Shown here: positions 63,321-64,000 of the stretch, piece after piece
Layout of the letters: each line of letters opens with the position of its first letter
How positions within the stretch are numbered: position 1 is the stretch's first letter
Assembly (NCBI GenBank): GCA_963755195.1
Contig: CAVWIZ010000008.1
Span: 688,957 to 752,956 of the forward strand
DNA length: 64,000 bases
Source: an uncultured Acidobacteriota bacterium
GTDB lineage: Bacteria; Acidobacteriota; Vicinamibacteria; Vicinamibacterales; CAVVIG01
Reading direction: 5' to 3'
Made by a program: the position numbers and the translations under genes
Notes under the pieces: generated by a model
Database searches by the model: none
What the model saw: the letters and a program-made list of their open reading frames with translations, nothing else
Told to the model about the DNA's origin: nothing

Positions 63321-64000
63321 CTACCGCCGTCGTCCGCCGCCGCCACCTCGCGACATCCCGCCGCCGCCGCCGCCGCTCGGACGGTAGCTGCCGCTGTACC
63401 CACCGCTGGTGCGGCCGCTGCTGCTGCTGGTCGCGCGGTTATAGTCGTTCGTGCGCTGGGCACCCTCGGCGCGCGCGGCTGAATCACGATTGAGCTGCCC
63501 GGTCGTGTTTGGGTTGGGACGGGCGCCGCCGTTCACTTCCGACCAGCCCCCGCCGGCCTCTTTCTTGTAGACGTTCCCGTCGCGGCCGGCGTAGACGTCG
63601 CCGCTTCCGGTCCGCGCGACGCCGCCGCCGCCCGGTCCGGGCGTGTTGCGCGTAATCGCCTCGCCGCCGCCGCTCCCCTGCGTCGCCCTCGTCGTCGTGC
63701 CGGTGCGATTGTTCGTGACGCGAGACGTCTGTGCCCACTGGTCGCCGCGCGCAACGGCCGTCGATCCCCAACTGCCGTAGACATTCGACCCCTGCCTCGT
63801 CGCGGCGCCGGTCCCGGTGCGGGGGTTGTAGGCTGTGGCCGCGGCTCGTGAGCCGTATGGACCGTAGGCCGCGGCGCCTCGCGCGTACGTCCCCGTCCTC
63901 GGGTTGTAGCTCGCGCCGACGCCGGCCCCGCCGTACGGACCGTAGGCCGACACGCCGCGGCTGTAGGCGCCGGTCCACGGGTTGTACGAGGCGTGATACC
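63321..64000 (-). CDS. Gly-rich hypothetical protein, C-terminal part; runs off the window edge
   Basis: Repeated YNPxTGxYxRG..AYGPYG units, DVYAGRDGNVYKK, GGGRRR tail. Confidence 0.7.
   Translation of the reverse strand, partial: YHASYNPWTGAYSRGVSAYGPYGGAGVGASYNPRTGTYARGAAAYGPYGSRAAATAYNPRTGTGAATRQGSNVYGSWGSTAVARGDQWAQTSRVTNNRTGTTTRATQGSGGGEAITRNTPGPGGGGVARTGSGDVYAGRDGNVYKKEAGGGWSEVNGGARPNPNTTGQLNRDSAARAEGAQRTNDYNRATSSSSGRTSGGYSGSYRPSGGGGGGMSRGGGGGRRR

Overview
High-GC bacterial DNA whose gene content (Oar-like TonB-dependent receptors with a carboxypeptidase-regulatory N-domain, DUF4159, TMTC-like TPR protein) suggests Acidobacteria, probably Vicinamibacterales (inference). Many genes carry single-base frameshifts that look like uncorrected long-read errors rather than decay. 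No rRNA, tRNA, CRISPR array or transposase/integrase was seen. Main blocks: (1) assorted enzymes and a giant repeat-rich surface protein (0.5-15 kb). (2) A ~21 kb block (15.1-36.4 kb) with three TonB-dependent receptors, two divergent MetE-like Zn enzymes, a Gfo/Idh/MocA oxidoreductase, an orphan EboE, a degenerate MBL-fold protein and three related secreted proteins. A shared 19-bp palindrome ties these together around an XRE-cupin regulator. (3) A lamin-tail-repeat surface protein, pbpC plus alpha-2-macroglobulin, and two esterases. (4) An ~8 kb cassette bracketed by a 363-bp direct repeat. It holds a bufferin-type MNIO RiPP operon (DUF2282/DUF692/DUF2063/DoxX), a SigF/NrsF-type ECF pair with two exact GTAACC-N16-CGAA promoters, and a hidden secreted selenoprotein (UxxC redoxin fused to a DsbD-N-like domain, with a SECIS-like hairpin) that the ORF track splits in two.
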